A program made the position numbers and the translations under genes. The notes under the pieces were generated by a model that saw only the letters and a program-made list of their open reading frames with translations, did not search any database and had not been told where the DNA came from. Source: Octopus vulgaris (taxonomy: Eukaryota). From it: 64,000 nt of DNA. The stretch is from NCBI GenBank assembly GCA_951406725.2, contig OX597820.1, positions 87,110,001 to 87,174,000 on the forward strand, given 5' to 3'. This document shows, one piece after another, positions 41,173 to 52,095 of this stretch. The first letter of the stretch is position 1. Each line of letters starts with the position of its first letter.

Positions 41173-42014
41173 TGAGGGGTATTCGAAAGTGTTGGTCACG
41201 TAACGCTGTAGAAGAAGAAAACTAGGCGCTTAATGAAATGGTTCAAAGCCAGAATTGCCTCAGTTCACTGTTGAACTTTGTCAAAACATTTCTCACGCGT
41301 TAGTATAAATGCAATTGTTACTGCCATTTATATTCTCCGATTGGTTCGAGCTGTTCAGGGAATGAATGACGATATTGAATTGTGATTATATGGACAATGA
41401 AAATAAGACGGCCATGTTACGAGCAAGATTTGAATTCATATAACATTGACGAGCGTCTGTGGTCTATGAATTCAAATAAATGTATTACTAAATGATGCTT
41501 AGAAAACATTTGGTTAGGATATATACATGTATATTCAGAGAGGGATAGAGAGAGAGAGAGAGAGAGAGTAAGAGTGAGAAAAAGAGGAGAGAGAGGGAGA
41601 GAAAGGAGAGAGAGGGAGAGAGAAAGAGGGAGAGATGCAAATAAATACGCTTGGGCTTGATATATAAACTATATACACGTACATATATACACGTAAGTAT
41701 ATACAGGGATATATTGAGAAAGAAACAAATACTGAAAATATCCAGAAGATCAACATTTGTGCATAAACATATAAATATTTATATATTTACAGAACAAATT
41801 TACATGGAGTACAAAGCGTATAGAAAACTAATGGGAAAAGGTATGCTATTTCAGGTCCGACAACTCTTTCTGGGGCTCAGAGTTATGTAACAGTTGTAAT
41901 GTCGGCAGATGGAGTATGCAAAAAGTCAAGGAAATGCAACCATTTTTGGATGAGTATATGTTGCTGTGCTAGCAACATATCCCTTCTACTTATCCTTCCC
42001 TTTCAATAATAATA

Positions 42015-42494
42015 AAGGGTAAAATTAATTGATTAATTAATTAATAATTAATAATTCTACAAATTAGTTCGGTATGTTAAAAGAACCATTATCGGTAACC
42101 TTATACAAAAATTCTATAACTATAAGCATAATTATAATTAAGGTTCAGCAAAAATTGCTTCACCACATACCGAAATTTAGAAATAGCAGTTAAATACTAT
42201 TTCACTACCATAAGATATCTCCCAGACAGTAATCCTCTCAACTCACGCAGGTAAAGAGAAAAAAAAAAAACGAATCCACCCGGCTTTGATTAACTATATA
42301 CGCGTTTCTGGGTTAAAGAGATGTAAAAAGATGTAAAATCATATTTTTTTCTCTTTACCTGCGTGAGTTGAGAGGATTATTGTCTGGGAGATATGTTATG
42401 GTAGTGGAACAGTATTTAACTGCTATATCTAAATTTCTGCATGTTGTGAAGCAATTTTTGCTGAACCCTAATTATAATTATAGAATTTTTGTAT
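42015..42494. mobile_element. Fold-back pseudo-LTR-like element (~150-bp inverted arms) of the 10595 family
   Basis: Arms 42103-42268 and 42343-42494. The spacer holds the hammerhead 3' half GAAACGCGTA on the minus strand (~42299-42308). Confidence 0.85.
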
Positions 42495-42529
42495 CCCTCC
42501 CTTTCTATATATAATTTTTTTATCGTTTA

Positions 42530-42855
42530 TCTTTTACTTGTTTCAGTCATTAGACTGTGGCCATGCTGGGGCACCGTCCTGAAGAATTTTTAATTGAATG
42601 AAATCGACCCCAATATTTTTATTATTTTTTAAAGCCTGATACTTATTCTATCGATCTCTCTTGTAGAACCGCTATGTTATGGAGGCGTAAACACACCAAT
42701 ACCAGTTATCAAGTGGTTGTGTGGGACAAACACAGACACAACGACACACACACACATACAACGAGCTTTTTTAAGTTTCCGTATAGCAAATCCCCTCACA
42801 CTGAACCCGGAACCATGTGGTTGGGAAGCAATTTTTTTATTAAACAGCCACGCCT
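42530..42855 (-). mobile_element. SINE family A
   Basis: Tail and head motifs present, with an internal deletion. Confidence 0.8.
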
Positions 42856-43557
42856 CGATTACCTTCGCACTCTGCTCCTTACCTAGCATATCCTTTATAC
42901 CACTACCCTGCCCCCATCCTTCGAATTTCTTCCCATCTCCTGGTCTCATCCTCATCGAGAACCACTTATCACTACTTAACCCTTGCTATTGCTATTAACC
43001 TGTCCTTCCCTTTCTCTCTCTCTCTCCCTCTCTCTCTCTACTTCCCTGTATTTACTTTCATGCATTTCTCCCTACTTTGGTATTCTTTCTCTATTCGCAA
43101 CCCACCTTCATTCTTTAAATTTACCCCTCGCCTCCCTGCCGGCACCTTCTCATTTCAATAGCTGCCCCTCCCTTTTCTCTTTGTACGTGCCTTCCTTCCT
43201 CAGTAACCCTTCGAGTCTTGGTAACCCAACCCCACTCCCTAATCATTCACCGCTTCTTCTACTTGTATAACCTCCACCATCACTGACTAATTACATCTAT
43301 TTTCAAGACACTCAAGAACGACGCCACTTTTCACAATACTACCCATCCCAATTCATTTCTCGACTCACCACTTCTACTCCTACTCCTTGCTATTCCTCTC
43401 CTATTTCTTCATGCCTTTCCTCTGCTTCAACACCCCCCTCCTTCTTGAACCACCTATATACCCCTTTCAACCTATTTCTATTTGGCCTTTTTCTTTACCC
43501 ATTCTATCCTCAAATTCTCTTGCATTGCGATCTGAACTGCTAGTTGATACTCTTTCC

Positions 43558-43679
43558 GCTCTGAAGACGGGGTGCAGGTGTACGGTAATATTTATAAGCA
43601 TTTCCTTAACTTTCTACACATTCCATCTGTTAACATTAAAACTATTACGTAATTCCAAGCTCCAGAAACAGCTGTCGGC
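43558..43679 (+). ncRNA. Candidate type I hammerhead with a long loop II
   Basis: GCT-CTGAAGA-C-GGGG-(~87 nt)-CTCC-A-GAAAC-AGCT-GTC-GGC. Palindromic ACAGCTGT helix III; stem I only 3 bp. Confidence 0.55.
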
Positions 43680-45077
43680 CCCGAAATACCATATTGTCTC
43701 CCCTTATTAATTGCCAGGAATGTGCTTATCCAGTAAATTTAGTAATATGATACAATTGAATAAACCACTTTACATATTAAACGCATTCCTGGCAATTGGT
43801 ATGTACATATCAATTGCTAGTTAGGACACTATTTCGTTGTGTAGCAGAACATACTAATTATATTAAAGGTTTACAGGATCTTTTCTGTTTGGTTGCCAGC
43901 AGCTGCTAGCGTCATTTTTCTGTTCGAATTGATTTCATATTCAGTGTATTGATACACTTTTATAAGCTAATGAAAGTAATTTTCGCTATAAATCAATAAA
44001 TGAAGAGCTATTATCAATTAAAGTTTGAAAATTTTGGTAATTTTAGCCAATCGTAAGCCACAGACACATTCATGGCTGTTTCGATAGTAAGAACTCTTTT
44101 GTCTCTCAACGTGCCTGTTGTCATAGTCACAAGTGAATCCGAGCAGTCTTTTATTTGTGAGGAAACACGTGTTGACAAAATTGACGCTGTGTTCTGCGTG
44201 ATTATGGCAGCAAGCTCCAGTAACTTCGCTTCTATTATAGAAACACTAAAAACAGAGGAGGATATTTTTAAAATTAAAACTAAAAGTTAAATGTTTGTTT
44301 TTAAGCATATCTAAATTGTAATTCAACATATATAAATTGCATGTTTAATTTTTATTTCTCTTTGTCATTGAGCATTGAGATGGATGTGAAATGTGCTAAA
44401 AATAACAGCTAAATAAGATTTTTTTGGATACATTTTTTAAATTAAAGTCAATTTGCCGACATCTCGCTCAGGGATTTAAAACTAACTCTTTTTTTTTTCA
44501 TTTAAATTAACATGAACATTTATTTACATGAAAGAAAATTACCGGGGTACTTTAATCCAATTCTTCTTAATATTTCTGTTAAAAATTGTAATGTGTTCAT
44601 CGCATGTAACGTGTTGTTTATCGCATTTGCATTAAACACTGGTGGTTGTGAGGTGTGCTAAAAATAACAGCTAAATAAGATTCATTTACGTGAAAGAAAA
44701 TTACCGTAGACATAACAGATGTTGCTTACAAATATCGACAACACGTGCTATTTAGAGGATGTTGACGACAAAATGTGCAGTCACGCACATAAGGACAGCT
44801 TCCAAATCCTGTTTCCTGACTAGGTGAGAATAATCAAACTTTAAGTCTCTATAACTTATTAAAACATTTGTCTGGAATAAAATGAAATAACTCGAACAAT
44901 TCAGTTTTGGCAAGTGTATTATTCTGCCAAATTTTAAAATGTTCGGTGAAATCTAATTTTGGGAGCTGCTGGCTCCAAAATGTGCTTTACTGGTTGCTTA
45001 AATAGCAGAAAAGATTAGATAACAAAATATATTTAAAAATATATATATATAAAAAAAATATAGAAGCATATGTGTAG

Positions 45078-45203
45078 AAGAAGAGGAGGAGGAGGAGGAA
45101 GAAGAAGAAGAAGAAGAAGAAGAAGAAGAAGAAGAAGAAGAAGAAGAAGAAGAAGAAAGAAGAAGAAGAAGAAGAAGAAGAAGAAGAAGAAGAAGAAGAA
45201 GAA
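45078..45203. repeat. (AGA)n/(GGA)n microsatellite
   Basis: Seen directly. Confidence 0.95.
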
Positions 45204-45292
45204 GGCTAAAATAGAAATAAAGATAAGAATGATAGTAATTGAGAACAGAAAGGGAAGGAGAGTTAAGTACATCAATGGAATATTTTGGAGTG

Positions 45293-45930
45293 AAGGCGGT
45301 GAGCTGGCAGAAACGTTAGCACGCCGGGCGAAATGCGTAGCCGTATTACGTCTGCCGTTACGTTCTGAGTTCAAATTCCGCCGAGGTCGACTTTGCCTTT
45401 CATCCTTTTGGGGGTCGATAAATTAAGTACCAGTTAAGCACTGAGGTCAATGTAGTCGACTTAATCCGTTTGTCTGTCCTTGTTTGTCCTCTCTGTGTTT
45501 AGCCCCTTGTGGGTAGTAAAGAAATAGGTATTTCGTGTCTTTACGTTCTGAATTCAAATTCCACCGAGGTCGACTTTGTCTTTCGGTGTCGGTAAATTAA
45601 GTACCTATTTCTTTACTACCCACAAGGGGCTAAACACAGAGGGGACAAACAAGGACAGACATAGGTATTAAGTCGATTACATCGACCCCAGTACGTAACT
45701 GGTACTTAATTTATCGACCCCGAAAGGATGAAAGGCAAAGTCGACCTCGGCGGAATTTGAACTCAAAACGTAGCGGCAGACGAAATACCGCTAAGCATTT
45801 CGCCCAGCGTGCTAACGTTTCTGCTAGCTCGCTGCCTTGTAAATTAAGTACCACTTGCGTACTGGGGTCGATATGCTCGACTGGACCCCTCCCCCAAATA
45901 TTTCGGGTCTTGTGCCTAGAATAGAAAAGG
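45293..45930. mobile_element. Nested, oppositely oriented SINE family B copies
   Basis: A plus copy from 45293 is interrupted by a minus copy (~45604-45838). gtaaattaagtacc flanks the insertion on both sides. Confidence 0.88.
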
Positions 45931-46085
45931 AATATTTTGGAGTGGTCTTGTCAAAAGATGACCAGTGGGGTGCCTACTGATTTGAGGTCACTTATTCAGT
46001 TCTCACACATGGTATGGTGTAGATATATATATATATATGCATACACACACACATAATATATACATAATATATACCTATACATATG

Positions 46086-46126
<41 letters not shown>

Positions 46127-46359
46127 ATACATATTTACACACATGCATACATATACATATACACACACATACATACATATATATTCACATACTTACATAC
46201 ATATGTGTGTGTGCATATATGTTATAAATGTGTGTATGTGGATTATGAATATATAACATTTAAGTTTATAGCTATAGCCAGCAGTGCAAGTTACGACGTT
46301 TTGTATACAAATACGTCTACGTAAGCAATGCGATCGAAGATAGGAAAAATAGGTAATGT

Positions 46360-46402
46360 TTGTATATGCATATTTCTAGAGTTATTGCTCTTTCATCAGC
46401 GC
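46360..46402 (-). ncRNA. Type I hammerhead, copy 1 of a tandem pair
   Basis: Minus strand GCG-CTGATGA-A-AGAG-caataa-CTCT-A-GAAA-TATGCATA-TA. Helix III is palindromic; the 3' strand of stem I has decayed. Confidence 0.75.
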
Positions 46403-46760
46403 TACATTCAACCCAACAAGTATCTACGAACGCGTTGCTTAAATATCCACTAAGTTTAGTAGTGTAATACATTTGGATAAACTACTTTACATATTAAACG
46501 CATTCCTGGCAATTGGTATGTACATATCAATTGCTAGTTAGGGCACTATTTCGTTGTGTAGCATAACATACCAAGTATATTATAGGTTTACAAGTCAATA
46601 TTGTGTCTTACTTTTGAGATAGCAGGGCGAGATTTTCACTTTTGAGTTTAGCTCTAAAGATATTCTATTGACTTCAGGGCCAGGACTGCAAGTTATGACG
46701 TCTCCCATACAAATACGTCTAAGTACATAATGCGATCGAAGATAGATGAATAGGTAAAAG

Positions 46761-46803
46761 GCGTATATGCATATTTCTAGGGTTCTTGCTCTTTCATCAG
46801 CAC
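46761..46803 (-). ncRNA. Type I hammerhead, copy 2 of a tandem pair
   Basis: Minus strand GTG-CTGATGA-A-AGAG-caagaa-CCCT-A-GAAA-TATGCATA-TA-CGC. Confidence 0.75.
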
Positions 46804-47149
46804 TACATCCAATCCATCAACTATCCACGAACGCATTACTTTATATGGAGAGATAAACTTTATAGAGATGAACTTCATAGAGATAAAAGCGAGAACATCG
46901 CCCTGCTAACACAAACGTAAGATAATATTGACTTGTAAATCTTTAATATAATTGGCAGTATATTATGGTTGCAAAATGAAATATTATGTCCTTACAAGCA
47001 ATTAACACACATACACATATATATTAATATGTATATATAGCCGCACATACACATATATACGTACATTGGTAAATATAAATGTGTGTGCATTTGTGTGTGT
47101 ATGTGTGTGTGTGTGCGCGCGTGCGTGTGTGTACGTATAATTTGGTGGT

Positions 47150-47540
47150 CGATAAAGAAGAACCGGTCCATTGCAGTGGATTGCCGGATCTGCTTGGGCG
47201 TTGAACGGGATGCTATACAGTATAAGTTTCAGCTCTTTGTGACTGTTATACTGTACGGAATGCAGTCAATTAAACCCCTTATCAAACACAAAAAAATCCG
47301 TAGAAGAATGATCTTTCCCTGTAGTAAATGTAGTAACTGCGATGTTTATTGAGGAATCACCTCACAAAACGATTTTGAGAGCACAACATTCGACAACTGC
47401 ATATAAGTGCTCTTCTCATATTTCGCATCTCACATGCGATCATAAAATTTCAGACACGCAACCTTCTTTAGAGTTAAGATATTCAGTGACACCAATACAT
47501 CAGTCTTTGATTCTGGTTTTTGTTAGACAGTGTTAACTGT
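47150..47540 (+). mobile_element. Probable highly decayed PLE GIY-YIG region
   Basis: KCSNCDVY*GITSQ followed by RAQH resembles CxxC..YxGxT..R..H. The rest is barely recognisable. Confidence 0.4.
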
Positions 47541-47978
47541 ATCAATTTGCTGTTATTCCCCAAATGTGAATCATAAGAAAATAGCCGAAAATATTAATTA
47601 CTCTTTGTGATAAATGCCCGAAAAGAATCTCAACAGAAGCTCCGCATTTTTGCACTCGACCAAAATCCAACTGTAGACGAGCACACCTTTGGACATGGAG
47701 GACAGCAGTAAACGGGTAAAACTATGTAAACTGTATGCACCCGCACTTCAAGTAATGTACAAAAGAAAAATCGAATTAATCAAATATTTATGTCATTCGC
47801 TTTGAGAGATCCTCTCACGTAAACGCAAGTATAGATATGTATCGTAGCAGATATGTAATCGTCTTGCATGGTTACCAGAACTGCCAGATCATATGACTTC
47901 AATGTACTTCATTTCTTCAGTGGCAGGCATCCAGCGTTTGCACACTGTTCTGTACCAGTCGATTCGATTAGTATATAT

Positions 47979-48009
47979 ATAATTTCTTATAAAGATTTTA
48001 TCCTATTTT

Positions 48010-48053
<44 letters not shown>

Positions 48054-48084
48054 AAAATAGGATAAAATCTTTATAAGAAATTAT
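47979..48084. repeat. Perfect 106-bp palindrome centred on (TA)n
   Basis: ataatttcttataaagattttatcctattttaaaat-(TA)n-attttaaaataggataaaatctttataagaaattat. Confidence 0.95.
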
Positions 48085-48181
48085 CAAGTAGTTAGCGTGA
48101 AAAACCGCATGAGGTTAACATTTATTAATTATTCCCTTTAAATATATTTAATATAAATATAAATATAAATATATATATGCG

Positions 48182-48216
<35 letters not shown>

Positions 48217-48316
48217 TTGTATTATAGTTATCAACTCACAATTTGAATTCCCGGTCAGAGTGATCGTAAGCAGGTTCAAGACCCGTGTTTTAATATGTGT
48301 GTGTGAGAGAGAGAGA

Positions 48317-48348
<32 letters not shown>

Positions 48349-49397
48349 ATACAACACACACACAATGCCTGCTTCCCTCTCCATGAACATGCGCATCACA
48401 CACTTGTATACATTTATATACATGCACACACACGCACATATTGTTTATGATTTGTCTGCATGGGACACAAAAGCGTATAAGAAAATAAAAAAGAAATAAT
48501 AATCAGTAAGTGGAATAACAAGTAACGGGTGTGATAATAACAGCAGGTGACAGAGAATAGCATGTAAAATAAGGTAGCGGTAGTGGTAACGATGGAAGTA
48601 ATGATGATGATGACGATGATGATGATGATAAATGGATTCGAAGTGTAATTTAACCACCTGTGGCTTCAGCGTCGAAAACATTTCAGTTTTTGACGTTAAA
48701 CACATTAGATATCTTCTGCCAAACTTGCAGCGGGAAAATCTCGTCCTCAAACTTAATTTTCCATCAGTCTTCCTTCCATTTTCAAATTAAGTATTACTTA
48801 TAGCAATAATAAATATATATCTTCCTTACTTACCTAAATATTTTCCACTGCAAACTTCAGCCATTTATTATGATATACTGAGCAACATTGAATTTCGCGT
48901 TTATTTTCTTCGGGGAAACTGGATTAGCTAAACCTATTGATACATTTTGCCCCGTTTACTTCGATTATATTTCTCTTTTCTGATCTACCTGTTATGTTAA
49001 CTGAAAATATTTTTCCTGAAAGCCTTGGATCGTCTAAATGTAATGATTGCTTTATATTGGCAGAAGGACAAACACTGCAAAAGATGAATTATAGTCCATT
49101 AAAATCACACCGTAAACGACAAGCGCTTATTTTATCGACCCTGAATAATTGTAAAGTGAGCCAACAAAAATTCATAACATCCTTAAACGAAATAAAATTT
49201 TTAATTCTGAAAAAGAAAATATTTTTTTCACCATTTTTTCACTTACAATAGCAGAGATTACAATATTACTGTGTACATGAGGCAAATTACATCAAAACAC
49301 CGGTGTCTGGCAGATCACTGAGGTTATTTAGAGCATGTTGCATTTTAATCTTAGGAGTTGTTCGCTGAAGCAAAATCCCGCAGTTTGTTTATACATA

Positions 49398-50662
49398 TGA
49401 GGGGCGTTCAATAAGTAATGCCCCTGACCCACTTGCATGTGCAATTATCTATATCTCTATAGATTAAGTGGCAAATTACAGCTCTGAACTAATTGTGGTT
49501 TCCGATTTACAGGTGTTTGAACTGAGTCAAGTGTGAAATGGAGCATGTTGAGTGTCGAGCAGTGATCCGGTTTTTGTATTTGAAAGGACGCACACCACGG
49601 GAGACTTTTGATGAAATGAAAGTAACTTATGGTGATGATGCCCCATCATATGACCTTGTAAAACGCTGGCATCGTGAATTCAAACATGGTCGGAACTCTG
49701 TGGAAACAGCTCCCAGATCTGGTCGCCCCCTTCTGCCATTGATGAGGCATCTGTCTGTCAAGTTGAGGCTGCCATTTTGGAAGATCGACGCATAACTATT
49801 CGCCAAATAGCCCATGAGGTCAAGATTAGTACCGGGTCTGTGGAAACTATCATTCATGACCATTTGCATATGCAAAAGGTGTCTGCCAGATGGATTCCCA
49901 AGTTGCTCACACCTTTCCAGAAGCAAGAACGCGTCGATTGCTCGAGGATGAATTTGGAGATGTGCCAAGAAGATGAGTCAAAATTTTTCAAAAGTCTGAT
50001 TGCATAGGATAAAACCTGGGTCCATCACTATGATCCAGAGACCAAAGCCCAGTCAATGCAGTGGAAGCACCGTGACTCAACTCCTCCAAAGAAGGCAAGG
50101 GTGCAGCCCTCCGCTGGCAAGGTCATGCTTACAGTCTTCTGGGACCAGGACGGAGTAGTGAAGACAGATTTCTTGGCAAAGGGTACCACAATTACAGGAG
50201 TCTATTATGCTTCACTTTTGAGGAAATTAAGAGAAGCTATCAAAATCAAGAGGCGGGGCAAGACCAGCAAAGGCATCCTCCTCCTGCAGGACAACGCTCC
50301 GATCCACAACTCGCGTGTCGCCAGATCAGAAGCACAGGCGTGCGGCTATGAACTCATCCCCCATTCCCCCTACTCTCCTGACCTTGCACCATCTGATTTT
50401 CACCTCTTCCCAGCCATGAAGTTGTTTTTGAAAGGAAAGCGTTTCCCAGATGATGCAGCCTTGATTTCTGAAGTCAGGTCGTGGTTGGAGGACCAAGCTG
50501 GGGTCTTCTCCAAAAACGGTCTTCAGAGCTGCATCAAACGATGGGAGAAATGCGTAACTCTGGGTAGTTCCTATGTAGAAAAAGACTAATAACTGTTCCA
50601 AGTTTCGTTGCTCTACTTCTATGGGAAGTGGGTCAGGGGAATTACTTATTGAACGCCCCTCG
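49398..50662 (+). mobile_element. Near-complete mariner element (DD34D) with TA target-site duplication
   Basis: 37-bp TIRs (t/c)gaggggcgttcaataagtaat.cccctgacccactt with 2 mismatches; TA on both sides. Confidence 0.97.
49538..50589 (+). pseudogene. Mariner transposase, inactivated
   Basis: MEHVECRAVIRFL..., RWIPKLLT, DKTW, QDNAPIH and YSPDLAPSD with 34-residue D-D spacing. One frameshift near 49730 and an in-frame TAG at 50005-50007. Confidence 0.95.
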
Positions 50663-50972
50663 TATACGAGATATAAATAATGTACACATAATTTTTGTTC
50701 TATCACCCACTAACAACTCTTAACACACATCACTTAATCTGTAAATGACTTAAACAGCAGTAATAACAACCAGCCACTAAGTAATATAACAGCGTGTACA
50801 TTCCAGGTTAAAAGGGAATGTAAACAAGCGTTGTAACATAGCTATTGTCTTAATGATATCTGTCCAATATTTAGGCATTTTACGAACTAGAAAGTAAGCA
50901 CAACGCTGTGTCTCTGTAGACAATGTAGGCATGTTTACTGTAAAGAATGCGTTCAATATCTATCTCTAAGCC

Positions 50973-51174
50973 CTAACACCAAGATTTCGTGTTCGATTCC
51001 GGGCAGTGACCTGAATAATGATAACATCGAAAAATACCTTAGGAATGAGAACCCAGGTTCGAAATTTCCCTAAGATACCTGATGAAGGCTGTGTTAAAAA
51101 CAAACAAGATGACGACAAATATCCGTCAAATGTAAATAATATACATAATTCCTCATCTCTTAAATATAGAACTG
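50973..51174 (+). mobile_element. Second tRNA-headed hammerhead element (ribozyme internally deleted)
   Basis: B box gttcgattcc at 50991-51000; body matches 32146-32300. CTGATGA-AGGCT joins directly to GTGTT. Confidence 0.8.
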
Positions 51175-51181
51175 TATTATG

Positions 51182-51248
<67 letters not shown>

Positions 51249-51276
51249 GGAGGAGTAAATAAATAAATAGCTAGCT

Positions 51277-52095
51277 AGGTCACTTCCTGGAATCGAACTC
51301 GGAATCTTGGAGTTAGTAGCGTGGGCAATTATGGAGTGAATTTTAGGGCTTATATATCTAATATTTTCCTATCCTTCCTTAATATCGGTTCCCATATGCT
51401 ATTCATATCTGCACTCGGTCTGCTTAGGAGGTTGTTGTGTCCTAGCATATGGTGTTCTCTGTCTATTATTTTGACTTCCCACAGGGGGATGGGTCTCCAT
51501 TTTTCCACACATGATCAGCTGTACCCGATTTATCAATATCTCCCCGGGTCACAGCTTTGCGATGTTCGTCTACCCTTATTTTGAGGGGCGGCATGTTTCA
51601 CCTTTGTACAACCTACCACAGATGCATTGGATGGAGTACACGCAGTTTTTGGTCATATTTTCTTCTATTGGTGGTTTTACTCGAAGGAGATATTTGCGAA
51701 ATGTTGTATTACTCTTCAATACTGTCCTGATGTCATATGAACCGCATATCTTTGGTATCTTTTCAGAGAGGACTTTCACATAGGTGAGACAGACTGTGGA
51801 CAGTTTATTGGTTTCATCCCATTTTTTCTTTATAATTGGAGTGGATAGTAAGTTTTTGGGGTAGTTGTTGCTTAATAGATTGTTACTGAGCTTGATCATT
51901 TCTTCGTGGTATCACGATCGCTATTTGTATTCTTTGCTCGATATTTTAGGCACTGAGCAATCCCTCTCTTTACACTGTATGGATGGTGGAGTTGAAGCTG
52001 AGGTCCCGTCCACTGAAGGTCGGCTTGCGGTATACGGATGTCTTATACCTTGTCTTATTTTCCTTATACATATCATCTCGTGTGTTCCTTTTCAA
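51277..52095 (-). mobile_element. Penelope/Poseidon-type PLE 3' fragment (RT thumb and GIY-YIG) followed by a tRNA-like segment
   Basis: YKTSVYRKPTFSG; VCLTYVKVLSEKI; NCVYSIQCICGRLYKGETCR; no cysteine linker seen. Downstream gctactaactccaagattccgagttcgattccagg. Confidence 0.9.

Noticed and set aside
45070-45426. Poly-Arg/Lys protamine-like ORF
   Set aside because: An (AGA)n microsatellite running into a SINE.
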